The notes under the pieces: model-generated | Seen by the model: only the letters and a program-made list of their open reading frames with translations | Databases searched by the model: none | Told to the model about the DNA's origin: nothing | Shown here: positions 1 through 11,449 of the stretch, in pieces | Numbering within the stretch: the stretch's first letter is position 1 | Layout: the number at the start of each line of letters is the position of its first letter | Translations under genes and position numbers: made by a program | Assembly (NCBI RefSeq): GCF_003367075.2 | Contig: NZ_CP065936.1 | Coordinates: forward strand, 3,630,001 to 3,662,000 | Reading direction: 5' to 3' | Length of the DNA: 32,000 bases | DNA from: Cylindrospermopsis raciborskii Cr2010 | GTDB lineage: Bacteria; Cyanobacteriota; Cyanobacteriia; Cyanobacteriales; Nostocaceae

Positions 1-1
1 G

Positions 2-934
2 TCTATTCGCAGTAGCTTTCGACAAATTAACCTCAATCACTTTGATGCAGTTAACTTACACTTTGCATTGTATAGCTTTCCTATTTTAGATCTTTTACCC
101 AAGAGATTGCCAATTACATTTAATTTCCATGGTCCATGGGCCGCTGAAAGTCAAGAGGAACTATTAAATAAACAACTGACTATTTGGATCAAGCAACACT
201 TGGTGGAAAAAAATACCTATAACCAATGCGATCGCTTTATAGTTTTAAGTCGAGCTTTTGGGAACATTTTACATCAACAGTATGAGGTTCCCTGGGAAAA
301 AATACATGTTATTCCTGGGGGAGTAGATGTGAAACATTTTAAAAATAATTTATCCCGTTTAGCAGCGAGAGAACAACTGGGTTGGCCAACTGAAAGACAG
401 ATATTATTTACCTCTCGTCGTCTAGTACATCGTATGGGAATTGATAAACTCTTGACAGCAATAGCAAAAATTAAGCCTGTAGTTCCAGATATTTGGTTAG
501 CTATTGCTGGAAGGGGACATATACAAACTTCTCTGGAGAAACAAGTGGTGGAATTGGGATTGGAAAATCAAGTCAGATTTTTAGGATTTTTACCAGATCA
601 ACAGTTACCTATAGCCTACCAAGCAGCTGATTTGACTGTGATGCCAAGTCAATCTTTTGAAGGTTTTGGACTGGCAATTCTAGAGTCTTTGGCTTGTGGA
701 ACTCCTGTTTTATGTACTCCTGTGGGGGGAATGCCAGAAATTTTACAACCCTTTACACCTGAGTTAATTACTGATTCCATCGCGGTTGATAGTCTTGCTA
801 ATAAATTGCAGGAAGTAATGTTAGCAAAGATTGTTTTACCCTCTAGGGAAGAATGTAGAAATTATGCTGCTGAAAACTATGATTGGACTAATATTGCTCA
901 AAGGGTGAGACAAGTAATTGTATTCCATAAATAA
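2..934 (+). CDS. Glycosyltransferase, GT-B fold, family 4/1 (5'-partial, N-terminus upstream of window)
   Basis: The reading frame is open from position 2 into track ORF 68..934, whose TTG start is probably just an internal codon. The C-terminal motif EGFGLAILESLACGTPVLCTPVGGMPE is typical of GT4 retaining glycosyltransferases. Confidence 0.8.
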   Translation, partial: SIRSSFRQINLNHFDAVNLHFALYSFPILDLLPKRLPITFNFHGPWAAESQEELLNKQLTIWIKQHLVEKNTYNQCDRFIVLSRAFGNILHQQYEVPWEKIHVIPGGVDVKHFKNNLSRLAAREQLGWPTERQILFTSRRLVHRMGIDKLLTAIAKIKPVVPDIWLAIAGRGHIQTSLEKQVVELGLENQVRFLGFLPDQQLPIAYQAADLTVMPSQSFEGFGLAILESLACGTPVLCTPVGGMPEILQPFTPELITDSIAVDSLANKLQEVMLAKIVLPSREECRNYAAENYDWTNIAQRVRQVIVFHK

Positions 935-941
935 GATAATT

Positions 942-2084
942 ATGAAGATTCTATTTTTAGACCAAAGTGGTAAACCAGGTGGTGCAGAGTTATGTCTATT
1001 AGATATTGCTAAACCTTTTGGTGATAGTTGTTTAGTGGGTTTATTTGCTGATGGTGATTTTAGAAAGCTATTAGAAAGCTATCAAATTCCTGTGGAGGTT
1101 TTAACAACTCAAAGTATTCCTATTAGAAAGAAAAGTAGTTTTTTATCTAGCTTGATTGGTATACAACACATTATCCCTCTTATTAATGCAGTTATTTGCC
1201 ATGCTAAAAACTATGATTTAATCTATGCTAACACCCAAAAGGCTTTAGTTGTAGGAGCAATTGCTAGTTTTTTGACTCGTGTCCCCTTGGTTTACCATCT
1301 ACATGATATTTTGTCTTTAGAACATTTTAGTCACATTAACTTACAAATCGCTGTTAATTTTGCCAATAGGTTTGCATCTTTAGTGATTGCTAACTCTCAA
1401 TCTAGTAAGGACGCATTTATTCAAGCCGGCGGAATCTCTAAACTGGTAGAAGTTGTATATAATGGATTTGATACGAAAAACTATCAAGTGTCAGAATATC
1501 AAACCCAGCAAATACGAAACACTTTAGCAGTAGAGAATAAATTTGTCATTGGACATTTCAGTAGGTTATCTCCATGGAAGGGACAGCATATTCTGATAGA
1601 AGCATTAGCCCATGTTCCAGACAATATCATAGCTATTCTGGTGGGAGATGCTTTATTTGGGGAACATGAGTATGTTCGGGAATTACACCAAAAAGTTCAT
1701 CACCTACAATTGGAACACCGAGTTAAATTTTTAGGCTTTCGTCAGGATATACCACAATTAATGTCAGCTTGTGATTTAATCACCCATACATCCATTGCAC
1801 CTGAACCTTTTGGAAGAGTTATTGTGGAAGGTATGCTCTGTGGTAAAATAGTCATCGCAGCTAAATCTGGAGGAGCTGTAGAACTAATAGAAAATGGCAC
1901 AAATGGTTTTTTAGTTACACCTAATCAACCTCATGAGTTGGCAAGTATAATTAAATATTGTTTTGACCAACAACAACAAATCCAAAATATTGCTAGTTAT
2001 GCACAACAGCTTAGCCAACAAAAATTTGATCTGAATGTTATTAACCAAAAAATTCAGCAGTCGATTCTTACAAGGTTGATGTAA
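942..2084 (+). CDS. Glycosyltransferase family 4/1
   Basis: Track ORF 918..2084. I prefer the in-frame ATG at 942 (MKILFLDQSGKPGGAE). Contains the EPFGRVIVEGMLCGKIVIAAKSGGAVELIENGTNGFLV E-x7-E type motif. Starts 8 nt after the upstream GT stop. Confidence 0.8.
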   Translation: MKILFLDQSGKPGGAELCLLDIAKPFGDSCLVGLFADGDFRKLLESYQIPVEVLTTQSIPIRKKSSFLSSLIGIQHIIPLINAVICHAKNYDLIYANTQKALVVGAIASFLTRVPLVYHLHDILSLEHFSHINLQIAVNFANRFASLVIANSQSSKDAFIQAGGISKLVEVVYNGFDTKNYQVSEYQTQQIRNTLAVENKFVIGHFSRLSPWKGQHILIEALAHVPDNIIAILVGDALFGEHEYVRELHQKVHHLQLEHRVKFLGFRQDIPQLMSACDLITHTSIAPEPFGRVIVEGMLCGKIVIAAKSGGAVELIENGTNGFLVTPNQPHELASIIKYCFDQQQQIQNIASYAQQLSQQKFDLNVINQKIQQSILTRLM

Positions 2085-2238
2085 TTTAACCAAAAGTTTG
2101 CCAGTTGGGGAAAATCTTGTTAAAGTACGTAAAGGTTTCTTAACCCCTTGTCCAGGGTGATCGGTCAAAAGGCGGAAGTTTAAAATCCCTCCCCAGACCA
2201 ATAGCTCCAGACAAATAGGATTTTTTTATAGAGGATAA

Positions 2239-3522
<1,284 letters not shown>

Positions 3523-3638
3523 TAAATACTTAGTCAGGTAGGCGTTCTGGATCGCCCTCGCTATGGCTATAAGTTGACCAGGGGTAGATCATCTATCCCT
3601 GAAATGCTTCCAGGTTAAAATTTTACCTTTAGTAACCT

Positions 3639-4241
3639 ATGCCTTGCCAACTTTGGCCCTATATTAGCCCTGGTATACCCGATGACCTATTTGAAAATTT
3701 ACCGGGTATACCTTTTAGTCAAAGAGAATTGCGATTGTTGTTGATTTCCCAACTGCGTCTTAAACCGGATTCTGTATTGTGGGATGTGGGAGCTGGTACG
3801 GGGACAATTGCCATAGAAGTAGGTTTATTATGTCCCCAGGGACAGGTGATAGCTGTGGAAAGAGATGAGGAAGTCGCCAATTTAATCAAGCGTAATTGCG
3901 ATCGCTTTCAAGTAAAAAATATTAGAGTGGTAGAGGGGACTGCTCCAGATTGCCTAAATAGTATACAAACGATTCCTGATCGTGTTTGTATAGAAGGGGG
4001 GAGAGCTATCAAAGAAACTTTACAAGCCATCTGGAATTATTTACCCCTATCTGGTCGTGTAGTTGCTACAGCTGCTAATCTAGAGAGTCTATATGCCATA
4101 TCTCAAACCCTATCAGAGTTGACAGCTAGAAATATAGAAGTTATGCAGTCTGCTGTCAACCGATTGGAAACCAGAGGTTTTTCTCAAACCCTTGTGTCTA
4201 CGGATCCTATTTTTATCCTTAGTGGTGAAAAACTTGATTGA
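3639..4241 (+). CDS. cbiT: Precorrin-6Y C5,15-methyltransferase (decarboxylating), CbiT subunit-like
   Basis: 200 aa. SAM-binding motif VLWDVGAGTGTIAIE, with length and layout typical of CbiT. Confidence 0.75.
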   Translation: MPCQLWPYISPGIPDDLFENLPGIPFSQRELRLLLISQLRLKPDSVLWDVGAGTGTIAIEVGLLCPQGQVIAVERDEEVANLIKRNCDRFQVKNIRVVEGTAPDCLNSIQTIPDRVCIEGGRAIKETLQAIWNYLPLSGRVVATAANLESLYAISQTLSELTARNIEVMQSAVNRLETRGFSQTLVSTDPIFILSGEKLD

Positions 4242-4276
4242 ATCCAAAGTCGAAAATCTCAAATATTATTTTTGCC

Positions 4277-5155
4277 ATGCCTTGGTCCAGAATTATTAGT
4301 GGAATTATTGCTATTGTTCTTGCTGTATCTTGCACGTTGTTGGGAGGTTGGTATTTCACGATAGCTATTGGTATAATTGTGTTTTTTGGTCAACTGGAAT
4401 ATTTTAATTTAGTTCGTTCTAGAGGAATGAGGCCCGCTGCTAAAACTACCATCTCTGTCAGTTTAATTTTATTAGGCATTTGTAATTTCCAACCTAGTTT
4501 AGCGGATGCAATTATGCCCATAGCAGGAACTCTTATTTGTTTTTACCTACTTTTTCAACCGCAACTTGCTACAATTGCGGATATTTCTGCTTCTATTATG
4601 GGTTTGTTTTATGTTGGTTATTTACCCAGTTATTGGGTGAGACTGCGAAATATTCAGGATGGGTATGTTAACTTGGGTAATTACTTATATGACTACTTAT
4701 TTAATACCCAACTTGCACAAATTAAACTAGACGATTTACCCCGGGGTTTCACCTTTACCATACTAACTTTTTTGTGTATTTGGGCTGCTGATATTGGTGC
4801 TTATATATTTGGTAAATATTTTGGCAGAACTCCTCTTTCCAGTATCAGTCCCAAAAAAACCGTGGAAGGGGCGATTTTTGGTATGGTGGGTAGTCTGGTC
4901 TTAGCTTTGTGGGGGTCATATTTTCTCAATTTGCCTTATTTCTTCCTGACTGGTCTAACATTGGGTTTATTAATTGGGATTGCCAGTTTGTTAGGAGATT
5001 TGACCGAATCTTTACTTAAAAGAGATGCAGGGGTAAAAGATTCTGGACAGTTGATCCCCGGGCATGGTGGAATATTAGACCGCACTGACAGTTATATTTT
5101 TACCGCTCCCCTGGTTTATTATTTTATCACCCTAATATTACCCCTAATTGATTAA
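4277..5155 (+). CDS. cdsA: Phosphatidate cytidylyltransferase (CDP-diglyceride synthase)
   Basis: Track ORF 4238..5155 starts at TTG. I prefer the in-frame ATG at 4277 (MPWSRII). Multi-TM protein with the CdsA signature KRDAGVKDSGQLIPGHGGILDRTDS. Confidence 0.9.
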   Translation: MPWSRIISGIIAIVLAVSCTLLGGWYFTIAIGIIVFFGQLEYFNLVRSRGMRPAAKTTISVSLILLGICNFQPSLADAIMPIAGTLICFYLLFQPQLATIADISASIMGLFYVGYLPSYWVRLRNIQDGYVNLGNYLYDYLFNTQLAQIKLDDLPRGFTFTILTFLCIWAADIGAYIFGKYFGRTPLSSISPKKTVEGAIFGMVGSLVLALWGSYFLNLPYFFLTGLTLGLLIGIASLLGDLTESLLKRDAGVKDSGQLIPGHGGILDRTDSYIFTAPLVYYFITLILPLID

Positions 5156-5174
5156 CACAAGTGTCAGTATGGTT

Positions 5175-5897
5175 TCATGGATTGACATTAATCTTTCCTC
5201 GACAGGAAATCTGTCCCGATTCCAGACTCAATTCCTCTAAATCTACATCTGAACCCAGATGTAAAAGTTCTTCAATATGATCAATCTCACCTTCTGCAGC
5301 TTGACATGGACTATAGATGTCTTTATACAGTGTTAATTTTATTTCTTGCCCACTCACCAGTTGTAATTTGACGCGAACCCCTAAAGACTCAGACTTTCCA
5401 GCACTTTGAGCCACACCTTGGAGTATAAAACCCTGGGTATGGAGTGCAATTTCATTCCAGAAAATAGACTGGTATTTTTTGCCAAGTTCTGGTATTGTTT
5501 TAAGTACCGTCTCTTTGATAGCATGAGAAAGTAGCGGAGAAGGGAGGGAACTATTTAGTTCCACCTCGTTGATAAGTAGTTCACCAAACACGGGCACTAC
5601 TGACAACAGTCGTAATGGTTGGCCTCGGATCACAGAGCCAAGGTTAACATGTATTTCCTGAGCTGTAAGTTGAACACGGGTAATATGAATACCCTGGTAA
5701 ACTGCCTTAGTCGCCAAAATGGAGACTTTGGGGATACGCCCAGAAAGCAACTGCTGATCGTCTGTATCAACCTTAATCTCTAGCTCGGAAACCTCACTTA
5801 ACTGAGATCTTAACCAAAGCTTAATTGCTGCATTAAGAATCTTAGTTATTATTCGGGTCTTACTACTTTTTTCTCCCTGAAAGGTTCGTTTTGTCAT
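5175..5897 (-). CDS. DUF2993 (LmeA-like) family protein, function unknown
   Basis: Track ORF 5175..5918 starts at GTG. I prefer the ATG at 5897 (MTKRTF). The repeated V.L.A..I.V pattern resembles DUF2993 from memory. Not verified by search. Confidence 0.45.
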   Translation of the reverse strand: MTKRTFQGEKSSKTRIITKILNAAIKLWLRSQLSEVSELEIKVDTDDQQLLSGRIPKVSILATKAVYQGIHITRVQLTAQEIHVNLGSVIRGQPLRLLSVVPVFGELLINEVELNSSLPSPLLSHAIKETVLKTIPELGKKYQSIFWNEIALHTQGFILQGVAQSAGKSESLGVRVKLQLVSGQEIKLTLYKDIYSPCQAAEGEIDHIEELLHLGSDVDLEELSLESGQISCRGKINVNP

Positions 5898-5969
5898 CTC
5901 GACAACCTTATTTTCCACTGTACATACTTATCTTATCAATTAGGAGGCACACTAAATTTAAATTGTTCC

Positions 5970-6728
5970 ATGGAAACAAGGGTACAAAAAATTATTTCTC
6001 AATGGGGTATAGCCTCCCGTCGCGAAGCTGAAGAGATGATTGGACAATCACGAGTGCGGATCAATGGAATTTTGGCGCGCTTGGGTCAAAAGGTCGATCC
6101 TAGAGTGGATATAATCTCCATTGATGGTAAACCCTTAATACAGGGTAATCGTCCAGCTTTAGTGTATTTACTATTAAACAAACCCACAGGAGTGGTTTCC
6201 ACCTGTAATGATCCTCAAGGTAGAACAACAGTTTTAGATCTGTTACCGGCAAAATTACGCCAGGGTACTGGTATTCATCCTGTCGGAAGGTTAGACGCTG
6301 ATTCTACTGGGGCATTAATCTTAACCAATGATGGAGATCTAACATTTGCTCTTACTCATCCTAGTCATGATATTCCCAAAACCTATCATGTTGTAGTGGA
6401 AGGACATCCGCCAACAAACGTTCTGAGGATGTGGAGTCAGGGAGTAATGTTAGACGGGAGGAAAACACGAACTGCCCAAGTTAAATTAATCGAACAGGGG
6501 GTCACCCAAAGTAAACTGGAGATTATTTTACAGGAGGGAAGAAACCGTCAGATTCGTCGTGTGGCTCAACAGTTGGGATATCCAGTTGTGCACCTTGATC
6601 GCAGAGCAATAGGGACAATCCAACTGCAAAATTCACAGGGTAAATTTATTGATACTGGTAAGTATCGTCATCTTATAACCAGCGAGATTATTTTATTACA
6701 GCATCTGATCCACCGGATACGAAATTGA
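5970..6728 (+). CDS. Pseudouridine synthase, RsuA/RluB family (S4 domain plus catalytic domain)
   Basis: N-terminal S4-like RVQKIISQWGIASRREAEEMI and the catalytic motif GRLDADSTGALILTNDG. Confidence 0.85.
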   Translation: METRVQKIISQWGIASRREAEEMIGQSRVRINGILARLGQKVDPRVDIISIDGKPLIQGNRPALVYLLLNKPTGVVSTCNDPQGRTTVLDLLPAKLRQGTGIHPVGRLDADSTGALILTNDGDLTFALTHPSHDIPKTYHVVVEGHPPTNVLRMWSQGVMLDGRKTRTAQVKLIEQGVTQSKLEIILQEGRNRQIRRVAQQLGYPVVHLDRRAIGTIQLQNSQGKFIDTGKYRHLITSEIILLQHLIHRIRN

Positions 6729-6777
6729 GTTAACTTGTAATTGGAATCGGGTAGGGAGTGATTAAGGAACGGGGAGT

Positions 6778-7617
6778 ATGTTGAAAATTACGAAATGGTT
6801 AAGGTTGCCTAAAAGGGCCGACAAACCAAAAAACCTCTCAATAGAAGAGCAACAGTTACAAAAACTTTTGGAGTTGGGGAGTCAGTTAGCAGCTTTACGT
6901 CAGGAAAAGGGGTTGTCTATAAATGAAGTGGTTTTGACTACGAGAATTCCCGGTCGTTTGCTCACTGCAATTGAGGCAGGAGACTTGTCAAGTCTCCCCG
7001 AACCTGTTTATATTCAGGGTTTAATCAGACAATTTGCTAATGCACTGAGTTTAAATGGAGTGGAGTTAGCCAGTAGTTTCCCCACGGGGTCACCAAAATT
7101 AGTTTTTAAACCTAGATATGGATATAGAAATCGGGTTTTCTTAGAATTGCGTCCTTTCCATCTTTATTTGCTTTACATATTTGTCATAGTTTGTTCGGTA
7201 ACTGGTCTATCTCAATCCCTAACTCAAAATATAGAAGCTAAAGGAAACGACAATGAACCTCGCCTACAAGCTAGTACCGATATGTCTGATAAAAAATCCC
7301 CTACTAAAATGGTAACAGTGCGTCCAATGGTCACTTTGGTTAGTGACAGGACTGATGCCAAGAATAATCTTGTCCAGGTTCGTATTTTTGTCAATTCGCA
7401 GGCTTGGATCCGTGTTGTGTCCGATAGCAAAACGAAATTTGAAGGAGTTTTGACCAAGGGATCCCAAAGGGATTGGGAAGCTACTGGGGAACTCATAGTC
7501 AAAACAAATAATGCTGGAGGTGTGGTAATGAAGGTCAATCAGGAAGAACCTAAACAAATGGGAAAACCAGGGAGATCTGGTGAAATTAGAATTGCATCTA
7601 AAAACCTTCAATTTTGA
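6778..7617 (+). CDS. RodZ-like protein (HTH domain, one TM segment, DUF4115-like C-terminus)
   Basis: The N-terminal HTH (LRQEKGLSINEVVLTTRIPGRLLTAIEAGD) is followed by SLPEPVYIQGLIRQFANAL. A hydrophobic segment LYLLYIFVIVCSVTGL and a beta-rich C-terminus follow. Confidence 0.6.
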   Translation: MLKITKWLRLPKRADKPKNLSIEEQQLQKLLELGSQLAALRQEKGLSINEVVLTTRIPGRLLTAIEAGDLSSLPEPVYIQGLIRQFANALSLNGVELASSFPTGSPKLVFKPRYGYRNRVFLELRPFHLYLLYIFVIVCSVTGLSQSLTQNIEAKGNDNEPRLQASTDMSDKKSPTKMVTVRPMVTLVSDRTDAKNNLVQVRIFVNSQAWIRVVSDSKTKFEGVLTKGSQRDWEATGELIVKTNNAGGVVMKVNQEEPKQMGKPGRSGEIRIASKNLQF

Positions 7618-7675
7618 TGGTTATTGGGGGGTGCACACCTACCACCCTAATCAACTCTCACCCCCAGGAGCCAAA

Positions 7676-9184
7676 TCAGGAAGTTTTGGGAGATCGACCA
7701 CAAAGTTGAGTGATGGTCTTGAGACGATTGCTCAGTTCTTGACTTAGCACACTTTCTTCATAACGCCATTCCCAGTTACCTTCTGTTGTACCCGGGTAGT
7801 TCATTCTGGACTCCGTTCCCAACCCCAAAATATCCTGTAGGGGAATGATTGCCTGATTAGCAACGGATATCAAAGCTAGTCGGATCAAGTCCCAGTTAAT
7901 TCCATCACTACTAACACCACCTAAGTATAATAACAGGTTTTGCTTTTCGTAGTCGTTGGCAGTGTTAAACCAGCCAACAGTCGTGTCATTATCATGGGTA
8001 CCAGTATAGACCACAGCATTTCTGGGATAGTTAAAGGGTAGAAATGGATTGCCAGGATCGGAACCGAAGGCAAATTGTAATACCTTCATTCCAGGAAACT
8101 CAAATTCATCTCTTAGCGCCTCTACCTCTGGGGTGATAATTCCCAGATCTTCAGCTAGAATTGGCAATTTGCCAAGTCTTTGTTTAACTAGGGCAAAAAA
8201 CTCTTTTCCAGGTGCTTTTATCCACTCCCCATTAATGGCAGTTTCTTCTCCTTGGGGAACAGCCCAATAGGCTTCAAAACCCCGAAAGTGGTCAATGCGG
8301 ATTATATCCACATAATCTAGTATGGCTTCAAAACGTTGTACCCACCATGCAAAATCCTGCTTTTCTAATTCCTCCCAGTTGTACACCGGATTTCCCCACA
8401 ATTGACCAGTGGCGCTAAAATAGTCTGGTGGCACCCCGGCCATTAGATCCACCGCTCCCGTCTTTGTATCTAAGGCAAAAAACTCGGGATTTGCCCACAC
8501 GTCAGCACTATCATGAGCTACATAAATGGGTATATCCCCAATAATACCTATTCCCCGTTCGTTGGCGTACTCTTTGAGTTCTGACCACTGACGAAAAAAC
8601 TCATATTGAATAAATTTGTAATAGAATATTTGTTCTGCTAAATCTTGCTCAATCTTGCTTATTGCTTCTGGCTCCCGCTTAGCTAGTTCTAATGGCCAAT
8701 TGTACCAGCCTTCTCCCTCTTGAGCATCTTTGATAGACATAAACAAGGCATAATTGTTTAACCAATAACCTTTGCTCTGGCAAAATTGATCAAATGCCGT
8801 CCTTTGGTGACTATTAGCACTTCTTTGAAAATTATCGCATGCCCGCTGAAGCAAATTGATTTTTTGGGGGATCACTTGTGCAAAATCTACTTTATCAGCA
8901 GTAAATTGGGGTAAATCAGCAAAGTCAGCCTCACATAACAAACCCTCATTTACTAGCTTGTCTGGACTAATTAGTAAGTGATTCCCCGCCATGGCAGAAT
9001 AGCACATGTAAGGAGAACTACCATAGCCCGTGGGACCTAGGGGTAAAACTTGCCAATACTGCTGATAGCTCTCTTTCAGAAAATCAATAAAACGATAGGC
9101 TTCCAACCCCAGGTCACCAATCCCGAAGCGACTGGGAAAACAACTGGGATGAAGTAAAATTCCACTGGATCTTGGAAAGGGCAT
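7676..9184 (-). CDS. malQ: 4-alpha-glucanotransferase (amylomaltase, GH77)
   Basis: 502 aa. N-terminus RSSGILLHPSCFPSRFGIGDLG, plus IRIDHFRGF and the HDNDT motif, typical of MalQ. Confidence 0.95.
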   Translation of the reverse strand: MPFPRSSGILLHPSCFPSRFGIGDLGLEAYRFIDFLKESYQQYWQVLPLGPTGYGSSPYMCYSAMAGNHLLISPDKLVNEGLLCEADFADLPQFTADKVDFAQVIPQKINLLQRACDNFQRSANSHQRTAFDQFCQSKGYWLNNYALFMSIKDAQEGEGWYNWPLELAKREPEAISKIEQDLAEQIFYYKFIQYEFFRQWSELKEYANERGIGIIGDIPIYVAHDSADVWANPEFFALDTKTGAVDLMAGVPPDYFSATGQLWGNPVYNWEELEKQDFAWWVQRFEAILDYVDIIRIDHFRGFEAYWAVPQGEETAINGEWIKAPGKEFFALVKQRLGKLPILAEDLGIITPEVEALRDEFEFPGMKVLQFAFGSDPGNPFLPFNYPRNAVVYTGTHDNDTTVGWFNTANDYEKQNLLLYLGGVSSDGINWDLIRLALISVANQAIIPLQDILGLGTESRMNYPGTTEGNWEWRYEESVLSQELSNRLKTITQLCGRSPKTS

Positions 9185-9287
9185 AGTTTGGGGGAGAAAA
9201 ACAGATGGCGGTTAACAGGAAACAATGCTACATTGAATTCGCACTCTAAATTCGATTGAACTTTCAAAACATCTTAATTCTTAACAA

Positions 9288-9509
9288 TCAATAATCTGCT
9301 CTTTCCATATATTGACCTTCTACTAGAAAGGTACCCTGGCTAAAATGCACTACCCAATATCCCCCCGGTCGCAGGTCAATAACTGTACCTTCTTCCTGCA
9401 TGCTAACTACATCCGGAGGACGTAACATGGGCATGGGATCAGCAGTTTTGATATAGGGGGGTAGGGTAACTAAACGAACTCTACTGCCAATAAAAAATTC
9501 TCTAGACAT
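9288..9509 (-). CDS. Small SH3-like protein, DUF3148 / SipA-like (NblS-interacting protein family)
   Basis: Track ORF 9288..9545. I prefer the ATG at 9509 (MSREFFIGSRVRLVTLPPYIKTADPMPMLRPPD, 73 aa). The sequence pattern matches my recollection of cyanobacterial SipA/DUF3148. Not verified. Confidence 0.5.
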   Translation of the reverse strand: MSREFFIGSRVRLVTLPPYIKTADPMPMLRPPDVVSMQEEGTVIDLRPGGYWVVHFSQGTFLVEGQYMERADY

Positions 9510-9597
9510 GGGAAATAAAAGGTAATTAGTCCTGCAGGATGGCAAAAGGCGATCGCCATGAACTATTCTAATATATAGTCGCTTTTAAATTATTTTC

Positions 9598-10236
9598 GTG
9601 ACCAGAGAACGGGAACCCTTAATTAGTTTAGCACTTTACCACGCTTTCAAATGGTCGGTGGTTAGCCCCATGTTACACGCTTACTTTGGGGGCAAAATCT
9701 ATGGGGTGGAAAATGTTCCCCAAACCGGTGGGTTGGTGATCGTCAGTAACCACGCCAGTTACTTTGACCCTCCCATAGTTTCTAATTGTGTATGTCGTCC
9801 TGTAGCATACATGGCCAAAGAGGAATTATTCAAAATTCCTGTTTTAGCCCAGGCTATTAAATTATATGGTGCCTATCCAGTGAGTCGCGGTACAGCAGAT
9901 AGAGGAGCAATTAGATACGCTCTGGAATATTTAGAAAATGATTGGGCAGTGGGAGTATTTTTAGAAGGAACTAGAACCAGTGATGGGCGTATTCATGACC
10001 CTAAACGAGGCGCCGCACTACTAGCTGCTAAAGCCAAGGTTCCCCTATTACCGGTGAGTTTGTGGGGAAGTGAAAAAATCGTCCAACCGGGTACACCTAT
10101 TCCCCGCAAGGTTCCCTTAACTATTAGAATTGGTAAATTGATTGCAACTCCTAGTTCCACAAGTAAGGAGGAATTGGAAGCAGTTACTCGTCAATGTGCG
10201 GAAGCTATAAATAGGTTACATGACTTGGGTAGGTAG
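9598..10236 (+). CDS. plsC: 1-acyl-sn-glycerol-3-phosphate acyltransferase
   Basis: Acyltransferase motifs NHASYFDPP (H-x4-D block) and FLEGTRT. GTG start. Confidence 0.85.
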   Translation: MTREREPLISLALYHAFKWSVVSPMLHAYFGGKIYGVENVPQTGGLVIVSNHASYFDPPIVSNCVCRPVAYMAKEELFKIPVLAQAIKLYGAYPVSRGTADRGAIRYALEYLENDWAVGVFLEGTRTSDGRIHDPKRGAALLAAKAKVPLLPVSLWGSEKIVQPGTPIPRKVPLTIRIGKLIATPSSTSKEELEAVTRQCAEAINRLHDLGR

Positions 10237-10243
10237 GCAAATT

Positions 10244-10531
10244 ATGTCAGATTTAAAAGAAAAGCTAACAGAGAACCTAGATGAAGCAGAATGGGAATGG
10301 TTAGTCCCCCATGCGCAAAGAGATGCTATCATTGTGGTAGCATCGGGATTAGACCTATTAGATGTGGGAGAGGCGATCGCCAGTGATAATACCCAGTCTG
10401 TTGGGGTGTGGATTGATGAACAATTAATTAGCAAGCCTTCTCCCATACAGTTAGGAGATTGGAATGGGAATCCCACTAAAAGATTTAATGCGTTAATTAT
10501 AGAACCTTATGTTTTAATACAGGAGAAATGA
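10244..10531 (+). CDS. DUF2288-like small protein, function unknown
   Basis: Track ORF 10220..10531. I prefer the ATG at 10244 (MSDLKEKL). [18 protein letters not shown] and [12 protein letters not shown] resemble DUF2288 from memory. Confidence 0.5.
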   Translation: MSDLKEKLTENLDEAEWEWLVPHAQRDAIIVVASGLDLLDVGEAIASDNTQSVGVWIDEQLISKPSPIQLGDWNGNPTKRFNALIIEPYVLIQEK

Positions 10532-10535
10532 GTTG

Positions 10536-11435
10536 ATGGTTATCAATAACCCGCCATTAACACCATTAAATCAATTTGCTTTTTCTCATATTCCCGTTCT
10601 GGGCGAGGAATTAATTAGGGGTTTAACTATCCAAGCGGGTGGCAATTATTTGGATTTAACCGTGGGTGGTGGTGGACACTCTCGGTTAATATTACAAGCT
10701 GCTGACAACACTAAGGTGATGGCGGTTGACCAGGATTTAGACGCTCTGAAAGCAGCAAAAATCAATTTATCTGAGTTTGGAGATCGTGTTGATTTTCTAC
10801 ACACTAATTTTGCTAATTTTCCCTTCCCTCCCAATACTTATGATGGAATTTTGGCAGATTTGGGAGTTAGTTCCTATCATTTGGATAATCCAGTAAGGGG
10901 GTTTAGTTTTAGAAATACTGCTAATCTGGATATGCGCATGAATCAGCAACAATCTCTCACCGCTGCTGATATAGTTAATGGGTGGGATGAACAAGAACTG
11001 ACCCATATTTTCTTTCACTACGGTGAAGAAAGACTTTCTCGAAAAATAGCTAGGCGCATCATCGAGAACCGCCCTTTTTCTACCACCACAGAACTAGCAG
11101 AATCCATCAGCTCCTGTGTTCCACCTAAATATCGCTATGGTAGAATCCACCCAGCAACCCGTGTGTTTCAAGCTCTACGTCTAGCAGTGAATGATGAGTT
11201 ACAAGTCCTGGAAACTTTGCTTCACAAAGCACCACCCTCCCTAGTTCCTGGAGGAAAAATAGCTCTTATTAGTTTTCATAGCTTGGAGGATAGAATTGTC
11301 AAACACGGGTTACGGAACTCTGACCTATTAACGGTGATGACTAAGAAACCAATTACAGCCACAGAGTCCGAAATTCAACACAATCCCCGCTCCCGCTCAG
11401 CCAAGTTGAGAATAGCACAAAAAGTTGCTTTTTAG
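10536..11435 (+). CDS. rsmH: 16S rRNA (cytosine1402-N4)-methyltransferase
   Basis: ATG at 10536, one codon after the track TTG start. Motifs [37 protein letters not shown] and [10 protein letters not shown] are diagnostic of RsmH/MraW. Confidence 0.95.
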   Translation: MVINNPPLTPLNQFAFSHIPVLGEELIRGLTIQAGGNYLDLTVGGGGHSRLILQAADNTKVMAVDQDLDALKAAKINLSEFGDRVDFLHTNFANFPFPPNTYDGILADLGVSSYHLDNPVRGFSFRNTANLDMRMNQQQSLTAADIVNGWDEQELTHIFFHYGEERLSRKIARRIIENRPFSTTTELAESISSCVPPKYRYGRIHPATRVFQALRLAVNDELQVLETLLHKAPPSLVPGGKIALISFHSLEDRIVKHGLRNSDLLTVMTKKPITATESEIQHNPRSRSAKLRIAQKVAF

Positions 11436-11449
11436 TTTTTAAAAACTAA

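Noticed and set aside
3523-3638. Cobalamin riboswitch upstream of cbiT
   Set aside because: The gap is only 116 bp and lacks a recognisable B12 box. The GGGGTAGAT/ATCTATCCC hairpin looks like an ahcY terminator.
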